A stretch of 64,000 bases of DNA from Camelus dromedarius (Eukaryota). The stretch lies in NCBI RefSeq assembly GCF_036321535.1, contig NC_087438.1:13642001-13706000 (forward strand), written 5' to 3'. Every line of letters starts with the position of its first letter. The first letter of the stretch is position 1. A model generated the notes under the pieces. The model was not told where the DNA came from, did no database searches, and saw only the letters and a program-made list of their open reading frames with translations. Below are positions 37,933 to 50,479 of this stretch, in pieces. The position numbers and the translations under genes were made by a program.

Positions 37933-38489
37933 AAATTTGGCAAGGAAATTCATATGTGTATCCTCACAGAGTGCACAGTTAATGTCTGAAACTGAGAATT
38001 GCAGAATTGCTAATTTTTAGCTGCCTTTGTTTTGGAAGTAGGGGCCAGGAGAGGAAATATACTGCAGGGAATAATCATAGTTGCCTCAGACTGATTCTAA
38101 ATCTTGTTCATCATCATCATAGCTTCTTCATCATATACTTAATTCCATCCTATCTCTGTGCAACACATTGGTGATAAATCCAGTGTAGAAATAAAAGCTC
38201 TACAGAAATGAAACAAAAGATGCCTTGATATCTGGATAGTATTTAAATCATATGTCTCATCTTATGATTTTCTTACATAAATAAGTTCACTTCCCTAAAT
38301 TTAGTGCCTAAGAATTAAAAGTATATTTCAATCAAAGACAATTCAATCAAGGACAAATCCAGTCCCTTCAAGGAGTGACTCCAAATATATTGTAATAAAA
38401 AATAAACAGTAGAAGTGTGATAGCAAAAATAATGATAAATAGACAGAATCTCTATTATATTACCAACAAGACCTCATTTAGAAAACCAT

Positions 38490-38883
38490 GTCATATTCTT
38501 GCCCAGCAGTGTTGCAGATATTTCCAGTCCTCGACTTCTTGCGCATCCCAGTGGCCTACATTTCTCAGCCCCCTTGTATTGAATGGGGTAGCTCAGTACT
38601 CACCAACTGGGTGCAAGCAAAATTAAGCTGTCTCATTTTTATGAGGAGGTCTTTAAGAAAAAGTGTAAGCTCTCTATGGTCTCTCTTGGGCTTTGATGGT
38701 GTTTTGAGATGGAGAAACAACATGGTAGAAGCAGGTGATTTACTGAGGCACCACAAGGAAGACAGATATTCAAAAATATAGGAAACGCAGACTGTATTTG
38801 CTATGCCCAAGAAGTACACCTCTGCTGAATTAAGCCTCTGATGTTTGTTTTTGCAATATAACCTGGTCTATTCTGACTAATCA
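38490..38883 (+). mobile_element. MaLR LTR (MLT1I/H-like)
   Basis: 'catttctcagcccccttgtattgaatgggg...caccaactgggtgcaagcaaaatta' and the end 'aattaagcctctgatgtttg...gcaatataacctggtctattctgactaatca'. Confidence 0.7.
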
Positions 38884-41065
38884 AATGGGTCAATTCCAGA
38901 AGATTTATTTTAGTCTTACAATTTGTTCTGCATACTCTTGGGATCCCAATTTGTTGAGATTTAATATATGGCCACAAGTATTAATGTTGTTACAGACAGT
39001 ATATTATGCAAAACTCCCATCACAAAGGCCACTCTTTATAAAGGACAATGTTTATGATGGAACATCCAGAACAAATTATGGTCATGACACAAAGTTGTTT
39101 CCAGCTCTGTGGCCATTTCAGTACTTACTGAGCTATAATATATTCCACAACCTTGAACAGAATGTCCTCTATTCTTATATTTATTAGAACGGTTTCTGAT
39201 CATTAATCATAAAAGGTTTCCAAGATAGCAGCAGGCTAATATGATGATTTTAGTGATCCATGTACACAAATGCCATGGAATGTTCAATAGATAAACTATC
39301 TAAAGGATCTGTCTGTTACAGCCTTTGCGTCAATCAATCTCTTCTCCATGTTATTTGCTCAGCTCTTGAAATACCATCATCCATTATTTGTAGCATGTTT
39401 GCCTGTATAGGCAGAAGCACTTCTATTCCTAGGACTCCTTGTTCAGTCTCTAAAGCACCAGGTCCCTGATTTTTAGCTATTAGTGTAAAAACACACAAAT
39501 CTGACTTGACAGTAACAAGTCTGCCTCTGGCAAGATTATTTTCTCTCTGAAAAATCAGTAAGTTTGATACCGAATTTTTAAAGTGACTAAATTGTGAAAA
39601 TATTTGGTGGAGAGAGCATTTCCAAATTTCTCATGTAATATACACAGAGATTCCACAGAAGCAGAGCTGTCATTGAACAAACGTTCCTTTTACAGGAAAG
39701 CCAGGAAGCACTTGGACCGGAACATTATCGTTAAGGTTGCATTTTTTTTGAAGACTGAGTCTGTGCACATGATAGAGAGAGAGATAGAGAGGCAAAGAGA
39801 CAGAGAGAAATAGTAAAACAGAGATGCTCAGAAAAATATTTCTCATCATCTTTTTGCCCTCAGCTCTAAGAAAAACAAAAATAATGACAAAAAGATGATC
39901 AGGATGAGTCCTGTAACTTGAGGAACACTTGACCCCTTAACTAGAGTTTTGAGATGAAGCATCAGTTTCTCCTGAACTTGCATGGAAATACTGTCCCTTG
40001 TTTCAAAACAGAAATTTGTATGACTGGAATGTATTTCACATTTGCTCACTTACCCCATAGGAAGGAGAGAAAGAATGTGACAGTGTCATAATGCTGCGGT
40101 CTTGCTGTACTGCAACAACATGGCACAATGGAGAAGGGAAGGCTACAGAAACAGGCCAGTTATGGGGCTCATGGCACTCATCACTTTTTAGGCAAGTCTT
40201 AATGCTGGGAACCCAATGATCACAAGACAACTAACTATTTGATGACAGGGTAGACAAGGTATCCTAATAGGGGAACCCTTGGAATCATGCATGTGGTTGG
40301 ATGTGGTTCTTCTGTTTTGGCTAAATGAACTAACTCTGGCTAGGGGAGCGGGAGACATAATCTACTTTGAGTGCCTAGCCTGGCAGGGGTGGGTCAGGGT
40401 GCCAGGAAGAACTGAATTAAGGAGAGAGACTCAATTTCTACATAAATGAATGAGTTAGGGAATGAAACAAAACTTTGATAACAGATAAAGAGTGTTAATA
40501 TAACACTAGATATATTAATAGGTCTTTGAAATCATAAATTTAAATCCAGACATCCCACAATTGTAGGCAAATTTTTTTAAAATACTCCTTAATATTGATT
40601 CAAGATTAGTGAGTGTGTAGTGAAAATATTTGAAATAAGTGATCAATCAATCAATCAAGGCTTTTGAAAATCTAATTGATAGACGTGAATGGGTGAAATG
40701 GAGGTACCATTTAGGTAAAGCAAATCCCCAAGCATGAGGTATCATAGAATTGTTAACTAAAAGATACTAAAGAAGCTTTTTTTTTTTTAATAGCAAATGA
40801 AATTAAAGTCCATTTTTTCAACTTCAAAACTATGTTGGGAAACTAATAAGACATATCCATAAAGCTAGGTTTATTTTATGACTCAATCTTACTTGTATTC
40901 ATTATTTGATTCTTACATATATTTTATTTATATCATGTCTCATTCTAAAATAGATCTTAAAGGAATCCTTGCAAGAACATATCATATAAAATAAAATGGA
41001 ATATTCTAAATCTAAGTGCAAGAAAAAAGGAGCAGCTAAGAGGACAGTTGGAACTAAAAAGTGTC

Positions 41066-41068
41066 AGA

Positions 41069-41100
<32 letters not shown>
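41066..41100. repeat. (GATA)n(GACA)n tetranucleotide repeat
   Basis: Read directly from the sequence. Confidence 0.95.
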
Positions 41101-41704
41101 TTGATCGATCCATGGATCAAGGCACTTTCGTAAGTGAATATCTTATATCTTAGCTCTAGGCTTTCTGGGAAATATCTCAGAAGTGTTATAATTCATACAC
41201 TTCACCATATTCATAATCCAAAAAGAAAACCATTTGCTCTGAGGCATTATACTTAAACCTAGGCTCAGAAGGAGTTTCTCACAAGTCTTCCAGTAGATAT
41301 GAATAATGTAAGAAACAATGTACTCAACAGACATGATAAGAAATGTGTTGATGGATTTTAAATATGAAGTGCCTTTATTCTATAGAGAACTAACATTAAT
41401 CACAGAAGTAATTCTATTCAAATAGAATCAGTACGACCCAAACAAGCAGAGTGCATTTAATGTTCTCCTGCCTTCCATTTTCTCCTAAGGACATGACATT
41501 TCTCCATAGGGATGATCAATGGGTAAAAGATGACATACTCTCCTAACACACTTTTTTGAGCCCCAAATAATGGTTTTTTTTCAGATTGGAACCCCTTATC
41601 TTTCTGGCCAGTTAAAATATAGGTAACTTGAAGTGTTGAATGCACTATGTAAAATTTGATGCCAAATCTACTTTGTGTTGTCTTACATTCTAGAATGATA
41701 GAGT

Positions 41705-41910
41705 ATTTGGGGACTTACCAACGTTTTGGAGGTTTGAAGTTTTTTCATGCTTGGAGTCTTCTTTCAACAAATATATACAAAAATCTCATTTTTTTCTAAG
41801 TTCAAAAATTGTGACCCTGTGAACCCATTGCTAGAGCCGCACACAAGACATTGGAAGGGGCTCATGAGAGGATGAAGCTCAAACTTCATTAGCTGCAGAC
41901 TGGTTCCTCC
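41705..41910 (-). mobile_element. Zaphod-family hAT-Tip100 MITE (MER96-like)
   Basis: 'tgaccctgtgaacccattgctagagcc...cattggaaggggctcatg...gaagctcaaacttcattagct' matches recalled terminal sequence. Confidence 0.6.
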
Positions 41911-42039
41911 ATCACATTAAAAGTCCTCTGACATCTTTATCTTCAGAAACACCTGCTGGTGCCTTCCTTGTGATAAAGCTGTGGGGAATCAAAGGAGAAG
42001 GAAATGGTTGAAAATGTCATCTTGTTATTTTCATATTGG

Positions 42040-42260
42040 TGTCAAAAGAATAAACTATGGGCTTTAGTGAATAATAATATATCAATAGTGCTTTATTAAT
42101 GGTTTATTAAGAATCACCCTACTAAGGTAAGGTGTTAATAACAGAGAAAACTATTTTCAGGAGGAGGTAAAAATGTATACGAATTCTCTGTACTGTCTGC
42201 TCAACTTTTCTGTAAATCAACAACTGTTCTAAAAAATGTAGTTTATTAGTAAAAAATATT
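42040..42260 (+). mobile_element. L1MC/L1MD-type 3' end
   Basis: 'taaactatgggctttagtgaataataatatatcaata...gtgttaataacagagaaaact...ctctgtactgtctgctcaacttttctgtaaatc'. Confidence 0.8.
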
Positions 42261-42334
42261 AAATTGATTGTACTCAAAAATAAAAAGATAAATAAAATTA
42301 AAATTTTAAATGCTAATGTATTTGTATATATATT

Positions 42335-43555
42335 TCTCTAAAGCTGTACAAAAGGTTAATAACACGTGAAATCATACCCAACATTAGTTAGGATGATCAA
42401 ATTAAAATCACAATGGTGTACCACTTTGCATTTACCAGCATGAGTATAATAAGTGAAATAATGGGACAGTCACTTTTAGGAGTCACTGACTGAATCAGGG
42501 ATATCCAGATATTTGGTTAAACCTTATTTCTGGGTGTGTCTATTAAGATATTTCCAGATGAGATTAGCATTTAAATCAACGGATTCATTAAAATAGATCA
42601 CACTCCCCAGTGTGAGTGTCTATAATCCAATCCACTGAGGTCCTGAATGGATCAAAAGGCAGAAGAAGCTGGAAGTTGCCTCTTTTTTCCTGTCTCCCTG
42701 CTGAACTGAGCATCACATCTCATCTTCCCTGGCCTTTGGACTTGGATTTGCAGCATGAGCTCCCCTGGTTCTCAGGTCTTAGGAATTACGCCACAGGATT
42801 TTCCTGCGACTCCAGCTTGGATGGGATTGTTCAGCACCCATAGTTGTGCGAGCCAATTCCTCATTACATATCTCCTTTTATATCCCTTGGTTCTCTTTTT
42901 CTAGAGAACCCTAAAAGAGACAGTAACATGTTGACTTGAATGTGGAGAAACTGGAACTCACATACATTACATGTGGAAAAGTAAATCGATCAGCTACTTT
43001 GGAAAACTGTATGGCAGTTTCAAAATAGAGTTGCCACATAGTCTGGCAATTCCGATCCTAAACTTCTGCCCAAGAGACAAGAAAACACATGTCCATAAAA
43101 GGACGTGTATATAAGTGTTTACAGCAGCATTATTTCTAATAGCTAAAAATTGGAAATAATTCAAATGTCCATTTACTGATGAATTCATAAACAAAATGAT
43201 AAATATCTATGCACTGGAATATTATTTAGCAATAGAAAGAATGCAGTATTGATACACACTACAGTAAGGATGAACATGATGTTAAGGGAAAGAAGCTAGT
43301 CACAAAAGATGACACTGCAAGATTCTCTCTTAATGTAAAATATTCAAAATAAGAAAATCCACTGGGAAAGAAATTAGTGGTTGCCTATGGCTAATGAAAG
43401 CTAAAGCATGGGGGTTGGACACTGACATGTATAGGGAAGTATTGCTAAATTATGATCATGGTTGCATCATTCTGCAAACGTTCCTAAAATCATTGAACTG
43501 TGCATCTCAGTAGGTAAACTTTATCCTATGTAAATTTTATATCAATGAAGATGTC
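42335..43555 (+). mobile_element. L1MB/L1ME-type ORF2 end and 3'UTR, interrupted by MLT2
   Basis: 'caaattaaaatcacaatggtgtaccac' lies before the LTR. 'gtggagaaactggaactcacatacatt...aagaaaacacatgtccataaaa...taaattttatatcaat' lies after it. Confidence 0.85.
42462..42915 (+). mobile_element. ERVL solo LTR (MLT2D/MLT2B-like)
   Basis: 'ccagatatttggttaaaccttatttctgggtgtgtct...ttccagatgagattagcatttaaatca' and the end 'ttggttctctttttctagagaaccctaa'. Confidence 0.9.
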
Positions 43556-44219
43556 ACAACAAAGTAATTGTAAATGTTTTCTTTTGAATCTAAATCTGGC
43601 TGGAACTAGTGAATACCTTCAGATCAATAAACAGTCACAAATTGTCACTTTCTCTGTTTCCCCAAGAATTTATGAGGACAAACTTTTGCAGAAATTGTGT
43701 CTAACTTTTCTGATGGTATGTGTTGCCCAGAATCCTCTCTCAGCATGTCCCTTCACACTAATTAAGTGTCTCAATGATTCAAGAGAGTTTCTTCAAGACT
43801 CACTTCAGAGACATGAAGCTTCACAAGCAATCACCAGAGATTTCCTTTTTTTCTCTCTTAGAAAGAGAAACATAGACAAAAACAAATAAACTCCAACAAT
43901 GTTAAATATTATGCTCAAGTAAATAATTGTCACACCCTGCCATCCATCTTCTTGAACATTATTGCAACAGATGGAACATTCAAAACTTGCTGAGTTCCCT
44001 TGAGAATCTTCTGTTCAACAATTTTGTGTAGTGTGATTGCTGGAGAACAGTTGCCCTGTCTGGAAGGATGGAGTGAATCCCTGACTTTACGTCCTTATTG
44101 TTAACTGTATCTCCTCAAAGACTAAATATAAAAACATCCACTGCTTCCCAAGGGAAAAGAGATGTACCTATAAGGAGCACAATCTTTTCCACTTTCCAAA
44201 TCAAAGTTGAGATAGATGC

Positions 44220-45370
44220 CAGGGTGTAGAACATAAAGAGCCAATCTTAAGAAAAAACCCAGAAAACTAATTGCAAAAGCAACTGTATATTTAAAATAAA
44301 AAAAGAAATCAAAACATATCAAAATTTTTAAAGACTTACAAATTAAAGGATAGGGGAAAATAGCATATTTTATTAATTAACTGCCTGACACGCCTGTGTA
44401 TTACTTTTTCTATAGTATTTTTGGCTACATACTCTGATCAACCTCTAATATGAAAATGTTTCATAGTATTTTATTTAGAAGAGAAATATATTTCAGCCTT
44501 TTCTTTAGTATAGCTGATATATCTTTATTTTTACTACTGATTATTTAGTAAAGTAGCTTTGGGCTTCATAATAAACATAAAATGTTATACAACTTTACAG
44601 AATTGTTAAATTTGAGGAAATTCCTGTAAACATTTCTGTTATATAAAATGTAAGATTTCAAGACGTTTCAAAATTTCTTCTTCAGTGACTAAACTTCAGT
44701 ATTCACTCATTAACTACTATTTTGTCTTTAATATTTTTATGGAAATAAAATTTTATTACTTTCATGTTACTTCTATTGGTGTTGGTTTTTTTATGTCAAG
44801 TGAAGAGTTTATTTAAATTTTTGATGTATGCCCTTATAACTAATTCCTTTATATAAATGGGATTCACAAAATCCAGACCTTATTCAATAATGATTTTTGA
44901 AACTTATCTCTTCTTAATGAATTATTATATTTAATATTATCTGAATTTTTGTTACAATTTACTTCTTAATATCAAAATATTTTACTGATTACATCAATTA
45001 TGCTTATCATTAATGCTTCACATTTCGCTTACTTGTAATCTAAATTTTTTCTCAGTTCTTCAATAAACAAATAGCAATCCAACAAAAAGAACACCTTTCA
45101 TAAGTGTCCAAATCAGCATCTATTATTTTTCATGTGTTTCATGAAAACATTCCAAAATGGCTTTTAGAATTGCAATTGCATGACATATTGAGCCATTTCA
45201 AATTTTAAAATAAACTTTAGCATTTTATTTGTGTTTGGGTGTCACTTCTCAGATTTTGAAAATATGTTTTAGAGTGCTTAAAATAATTTTTATTTTTAAA
45301 TTTTTTTTGTTGAATAGAATGGTAAAAATGTTTTATTCCCATATTGCTAAGCCTGAACAGCTTTATAGTG
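44220..45370 (-). mobile_element. Zaphod-type hAT-Tip100 transposon relic (decayed transposase C-terminus and 3' end)
   Basis: Minus strand 'tgaagcccaaagctactttactaaataatcagtagtaaaa...ctaaagaaaaggctgaaatatatttct...gatcagagtatgtagccaaaaa...ggcgtgtcaggcagttaattaataaaata' matches recalled Zaphod sequence encoding the hAT dimerisation region. A TIR-like 'cagggtgtag' sits at 44220. Confidence 0.7.
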
Positions 45371-46183
45371 AGCAGGTAATCTTATTACACTTAAAAAAGA
45401 TACCTATTGGCAGCTGGATGAACTTGAAATAAGAATACATAAAAAATTGCAAGGTGGCAAGAACCAACACATTTAGATACTGTGAAGGCAGTTTTTTCTC
45501 TGATTAGATTAAGCAAATGAGTGGTATAAGCACACATTATACATATCCTGGGTTTCAAAAATTTGTATGAGTCCGAAGTCCAGGCCATTGAAGTGCTTCT
45601 GGAAGATATTCCAACATTAGGAAAGTTGGCAATAACTTAAAAATATATGGAAGTTACTCTGGACATGTGTGTGTCAGTCTAACTCCTAGCTAACTGTGCC
45701 CCAAAACATTTTCCCATAGCTGGATCCCCAAAATAACTATAGCTGCTTCAAAATCACTCACAAGAGAGGAAGGTGCAGAGCAGAGGCTAAAGTTGAAAGA
45801 GGCAGCATTCTTAAACAATTATGGTTAAAATATATGTTTTTGCATATTTTGTAAAAATGCTCATTTGTAAACCTATTATTAGGATCCCTTAGCCTCAGAT
45901 TGAATGAGCTTCAGGTGGTAAAAAATCAAAGACAATAAGATATAGAAAAAAGGGAGAAACCTTATGAGACTGAAATGAATGTGACCAAAAATAAATATAT
46001 TTAGATAATAGTTTGAGTAGAGAGTAAACCTCATTGCAGTAACCCTTGAATAGTCTCTAGGATTCTTTGTATCCTAAATTTTTTTTTACTACATTTAGAA
46101 AGTTCCACATAAGGAATCTAGAGAAGCAGTTTGCACCTGACTTTAGGAGCCAAGAGTATGTGTATTAGAATTCTATTATTGCT

Positions 46184-46335
46184 CTGTGTTAGTTTCTTAA
46201 AGCTGCATAACAAATTACTAAAAACTTAGTGCCCTGAAACAACATACATTTATTACCTCACAGTACATGTGGGTAAGAAATTCAGAAACAGCTTAGTTGG
46301 TTTTTTGCTTAAGGTCACATGTGGTTGCAATAAGG
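46184..46335 (-). mobile_element. MaLR LTR fragment (MLT1E/F-like)
   Basis: 'tgtgttagtttcttaaagctgcataacaaattactaaaaacttagtgccctgaaacaacatacatttattacctcacag'. Confidence 0.8.
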
Positions 46336-46419
46336 AAATTAATTACAAAATTATCTCAGTGGTACACGTTATAGAGATCATCACATGAGAGAAAATTAAA
46401 GGGCAATTAAATATCCTTG

Positions 46420-46632
46420 CAGTTACTAACTACTCTATATAAACTAGATAAACAGCAAGATCCAACTCTCTAGCACAAAGAACTATATTCAATACATTGT
46501 AATAGCCTATAATGAAAAAGAATATGAAAAGGAATATATACAGTTGTATAACTGAATCACTATGCTGTATACCAGAAAGTAACACAACATTGTAAACTGA
46601 CTATACTTCAATAAAAAAAATTAAAAAATAAA
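46420..46632 (+). mobile_element. 5'-truncated young L1 3'UTR with 12 bp TSD
   Basis: L1 3' end 'tagcacaaagaactatattcaatac...gtaaactgactatacttcaataaaaaaaa', flanked by taaatatccttg at 46408-46419 and 46633-46644. Confidence 0.92.
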
Positions 46633-47044
46633 TAAATATCCTTGTACAAATTAAGTTTTTAAAATTAAATTTTCTTTGTTAAATGTCTCTAGCAAATATA
46701 TATTTTCCATTATAGACTTTTCTGCTTTTCTTTAAAATATGTAATTTCTCTATCTGTTAATAGAAGCAGTGATAAACTTGTGGAAAAGATGACTGGATAT
46801 TTTATTTCCCTGGTTAAGTTCATTGCATGATGTCATTAAGAAAATTGTAAGTAAATTGTGTTTGTGCTGGACCCTAAAATAAGAAAAAAAAAGCACTGTT
46901 ATTTAATCAAAATTATTTTTTTCTGATAATATGACCAGTTTCACATTTGTATGAGGTCGTAATTTTTACTGTCTATAGTTGTGGACTAGAACTCATTTTT
47001 AATACTGCAATTTACTTGAAAGTATACATCACAGACAGGAGAAA

Positions 47045-47078
47045 ACACACATACACACACACACACACACACAACACA
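47045..47078. repeat. Interrupted (CA)n microsatellite
   Basis: Read directly from the sequence. Confidence 0.9.
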
Positions 47079-47203
47079 CCCCGCAGAAGTTGTAAGTGTG
47101 CCGATGCACAAAAAATTAAAATGTCACTTACCCAGTGTTAATACGTGTTTCCAATTATATTCAATGGAGATCAATTTACTGATTTTCAAGGTAACTGGTT
47201 AGA

Positions 47204-47370
47204 CTGCTACAGTTTCATAAATGCTGGCAGAAGATTCCAGACCCCTGGGTCCAGACAAAGGACTTTATTATTACACTAGAGCAGGCACTATGAGCTTCAC
47301 ATTCCCATTGCTCTTCATGCGCAGAAACCCCAGGGAGGCAGTACAGGTGGGCCGTGCACTGTGCCGTGAA
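47204..47370 (-). mobile_element. ERVL LTR fragment (MER74/MER54-like)
   Basis: 'atgctggcagaagattccagacccctgggtccagacaaaggactttattattacac'. Confidence 0.65.
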
Positions 47371-47374
47371 CTTT

Positions 47375-47572
47375 CCATCAATTATTTTCTTTAATCCTCA
47401 CCCCATTCTGACATAGATGTTCCAATATTGTCACCATTTTATAGGTGAAGAAACTAAATCCGTGGAGACTAATTGATGGGTGCAAAGTCCCATGGTCCAT
47501 AAGGGATGGAGCCAGATTTTGATCCCAGTCCATCTGACTTGATAATCTGTGTTTTTAACAGCTATGCTATTT
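47375..47572 (-). mobile_element. MIR SINE
   Basis: 'tttaatcctcac...ccattttataggtgaagaaactaaa...ggagccagattttgatcccagtccatctgact'. Confidence 0.85.
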
Positions 47573-48164
47573 GTGATCTATATATGGTCTGAGTATCAGC
47601 AGGTTACCTTTGTTACTCAGCCATGTATTTAATTTGAAATGGAGAATTACCAGGGAGAAGCACTAACAATTTTAGTATACAATCACTGAATGACGGGAAA
47701 ATTCTTGGCCATTTAAATTTGTTCAGTTTGCACAAAACAGTGACAAAGATGACCTCAATCATGGATAGTGATGAGTCAAAAGGAACTGGAATGACTAAGT
47801 TGTTTTGATTCCTACAGTTTCCTCAGGTTCTGAAATACAGATCTCTGTACTTAGGTTTACCAGCTGAACCGTATTTTGATAGTGAATGTAGACAATTTAG
47901 CCAGTGATGAATGGATAAATTCTACCCGTGGGAAAGATAAAGAGTGAAATTCTCTTGAAATCACACATCAGATTCCTGCCCTCTCTATTATGCTGATTTA
48001 TACCTTAACCTGCTAGATGAGATCATAAGATGTGAACTTACAAAACTGAGTCAGCTAAAGGAGAATTTTATGTATATATCTCCTTGCTCATTAAGGACGT
48101 GTCTAGAAGAGTTAGTCTTTCATTCAGCCTTACAGTTGGGAAAAAAAATCACAACAGATTTTTG

Positions 48165-48268
48165 TGGGCTAATACTCTATGATAAGATACCAACATAGAC
48201 ATCAGTGGGGCCTAATGGCTAATGGGCTAATACTCTATGATAAGATACCAACATAGACATCAGTGGGG
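48165..48268. repeat. Perfect 46 bp direct duplication with 12 bp spacer
   Basis: tgggctaatactctatgataagataccaacatagacatcagtgggg occurs at 48165-48210 and 48223-48268. Confidence 0.98.
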
Positions 48269-48759
48269 AAAAAAATACAAGAAACAAAAACACACAGATC
48301 ACTAGTCCTTTGATATCCACATCTTGACATCTGTGTAGCTACTTAGACTGAAAACTTAAATTAAAGTAAATTATTCTGATGTAAGAGAGACTTGAAATCA
48401 CTAAGTCTAACCCCAAAGCAGGAACATTCACTGGGACTGGCCTCACTTTCTCGGAGACACCCCTATTCACAGAAACACATCTGTAGCCAAAAGAGGACCA
48501 GAAGGAACATGGTTGTGGTACAGCTTTCACTCGGTCTTATCAAAGACCCTTCTCTTCCCTCGGATCAGACACCCACTTTTAACATTCCCCTCAATAATCC
48601 ACAACCTAGGACAACCTGTACCACTTTCTTTTCCCCATGATTTTTATCAGGTATAAATGCAGCATTTAAAAGTGATTCAATGCTGTCTAGCATTTGAAAA
48701 AAGTCTCATCGGAGGCAGGGATGGAACTTGCAATACATAAAGGTGATGATGACAGGGTC

Positions 48760-49260
48760 TCCACACTGAAGGTGATCATGGTCTTGGATGGAAAAGTAAC
48801 TCAGCAATTACACTGTCGCATAGTAAGTGCTATATTAATGCTCTGCCTAGGACTGAGGGAAAATATGTGGAAGATTTCCCAGGAGAGAGAATACTTAAGC
48901 TGCATTTAGGAGGTGGTATTCTGTTATCCATACAGACTTGGGGAAACTCATTTTCTTAAAAGGCACTAGTCTATGTAAGATATGAATGCATGATCCTAGA
49001 ATGTAAGTTTTATAACATACTAGAGATATTTTTAATTTACTAAATGATCTCAGGCAGAGAGAATTGCCTGACATGAAGCAGGCATTTGATTAATATTTGT
49101 TGAATGAATGACAGAATGTGGTGGATTTTAGCAACTGCAGTCCATTTGGTACCGCTGAAGAAGAGATGCCTGGGGTAAGAGCTGGCTCTGCTGTGTTTAG
49201 GCAGTAGTACGATGACAGAAGGCGGGGGTGATGGTGTGTAGAAGGGGCCAGGTAAATATC
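48760..49260 (-). mobile_element. Old L2 fragment interrupted by an oppositely oriented L2 3' end
   Basis: 'ggaagatttcccaggagagagaatacttaagctgcatttaggagg...aaaggcactagtctatgtaaga' resumes after 49110. Confidence 0.55.
48993..49110 (+). mobile_element. L2a-type 3' terminus
   Basis: 'ctagaatgtaagtt...tgcctgacatgaagcaggcatttgattaatatttgttgaatgaatga'. Confidence 0.8.
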
Positions 49261-49779
49261 CAGGGTGTGTTTCCTTACTGGTTGCCTCTCTCTAAAATGG
49301 CAAATAAGCGTGTCTGTAGAGAGTAGAGGTGAAATTTTAAAGATAAAGTGATTAAGACAAAAAACTTCCTCTGTCTCATTCCTCAGGTCTGGGAACTTTT
49401 CTCAGTCCTCAGTGCCTGGGAAAATTGTTCAAGTTTAGAGGAGTCTATTAAGAAACCATACTATTTCCATAATTGTAATTCCTTTATTTTGTCTGCCTTA
49501 TCTTTGTTGGGATTGCAGAGAAACAATGGAGCTGTAGGGTTCTTCATTATTTAAGTACGTAATTTCCCCTCTAATTTAAACAATGAAGGGTCCAATGTGC
49601 CAGAGTAAGCTATGTGAACTTCATTCTTAAATTGATGATGAGGCACAGAATGATGCAAGGCAGAGGGTTGGTATATTAAATTTTATGTTCAAGGACAGCA
49701 AATGTAACTATGGAACAAAGGCAAATTTGAGAGGAATCCACACAGAAGATATAGAGTAATGCTCACATGCATTTTTCAG

Positions 49780-49920
49780 CTCATTCTTGAACACAGGGGT
49801 GTTGAACACCAATCATTTGTGATAATCTGTGCTAGCCACAGAGATATAGGTGAGAACAAGGCAAACCCGTGCTCTGTCCTTATGAGGTTCTATATTCTAG
49901 AAAGAAAGAACAATACCAAA
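49780..49920 (-). mobile_element. L2 3' terminus
   Basis: 'ctgtgctagccacagagatataggtgagaacaaggca...tgtccttatgaggttctatattctag'. Confidence 0.7.
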
Positions 49921-50479
49921 CTAATGAAATTAAGTCCCAAGCAAAGGGGCACACACAGGCAAAGTTCATAAGAAGAAATATGAACAGCAATGACTGAGTT
50001 AGAGTTTGAGGAGGGGAAATAGTGAGAAGTGAGACTGGAGATATACGCTGGGAAGAATGTAGTTTTTTTTCTGAAATCCAAGAAATACTATTAAAGGAAA
50101 GATAAATTAAAAGAGGGAGAAGTGAATGTAGAACAAGTTGTTAAAAGTGTGGACTATGTTGGACGATGACTGTGAGAAGCACTAGAAAAGAAGATGGTGA
50201 AGAATTTTTCGATATTTTGGTGTTAGATCAACAGGAATGGAAATTGATGTTTGACATGTGAGAAAAAAATTGTTTTCAATTTTAATTTTTAAAACAACAC
50301 GTGTTTGTCTCTAGAAGGTAGCTCTGGGCTGGCCTTTTCACTCTTCATAACTGGGGATAGTATACAGCCTATTCTGTCAGAAAATATTACAGACCTATTT
50401 ATCATGGAAATACATTATACTAATATTAATATTATATATATATAATCTTTGTATTTAAGTTATTTTGTATGTGTGTATA

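Noticed and set aside
48165..48268. Repeat-spacer-repeat resembling a mini CRISPR array
   Set aside because: The DNA is mammalian, there are only two units, the 12 bp spacer derives from the repeat itself, and there are no cas genes.
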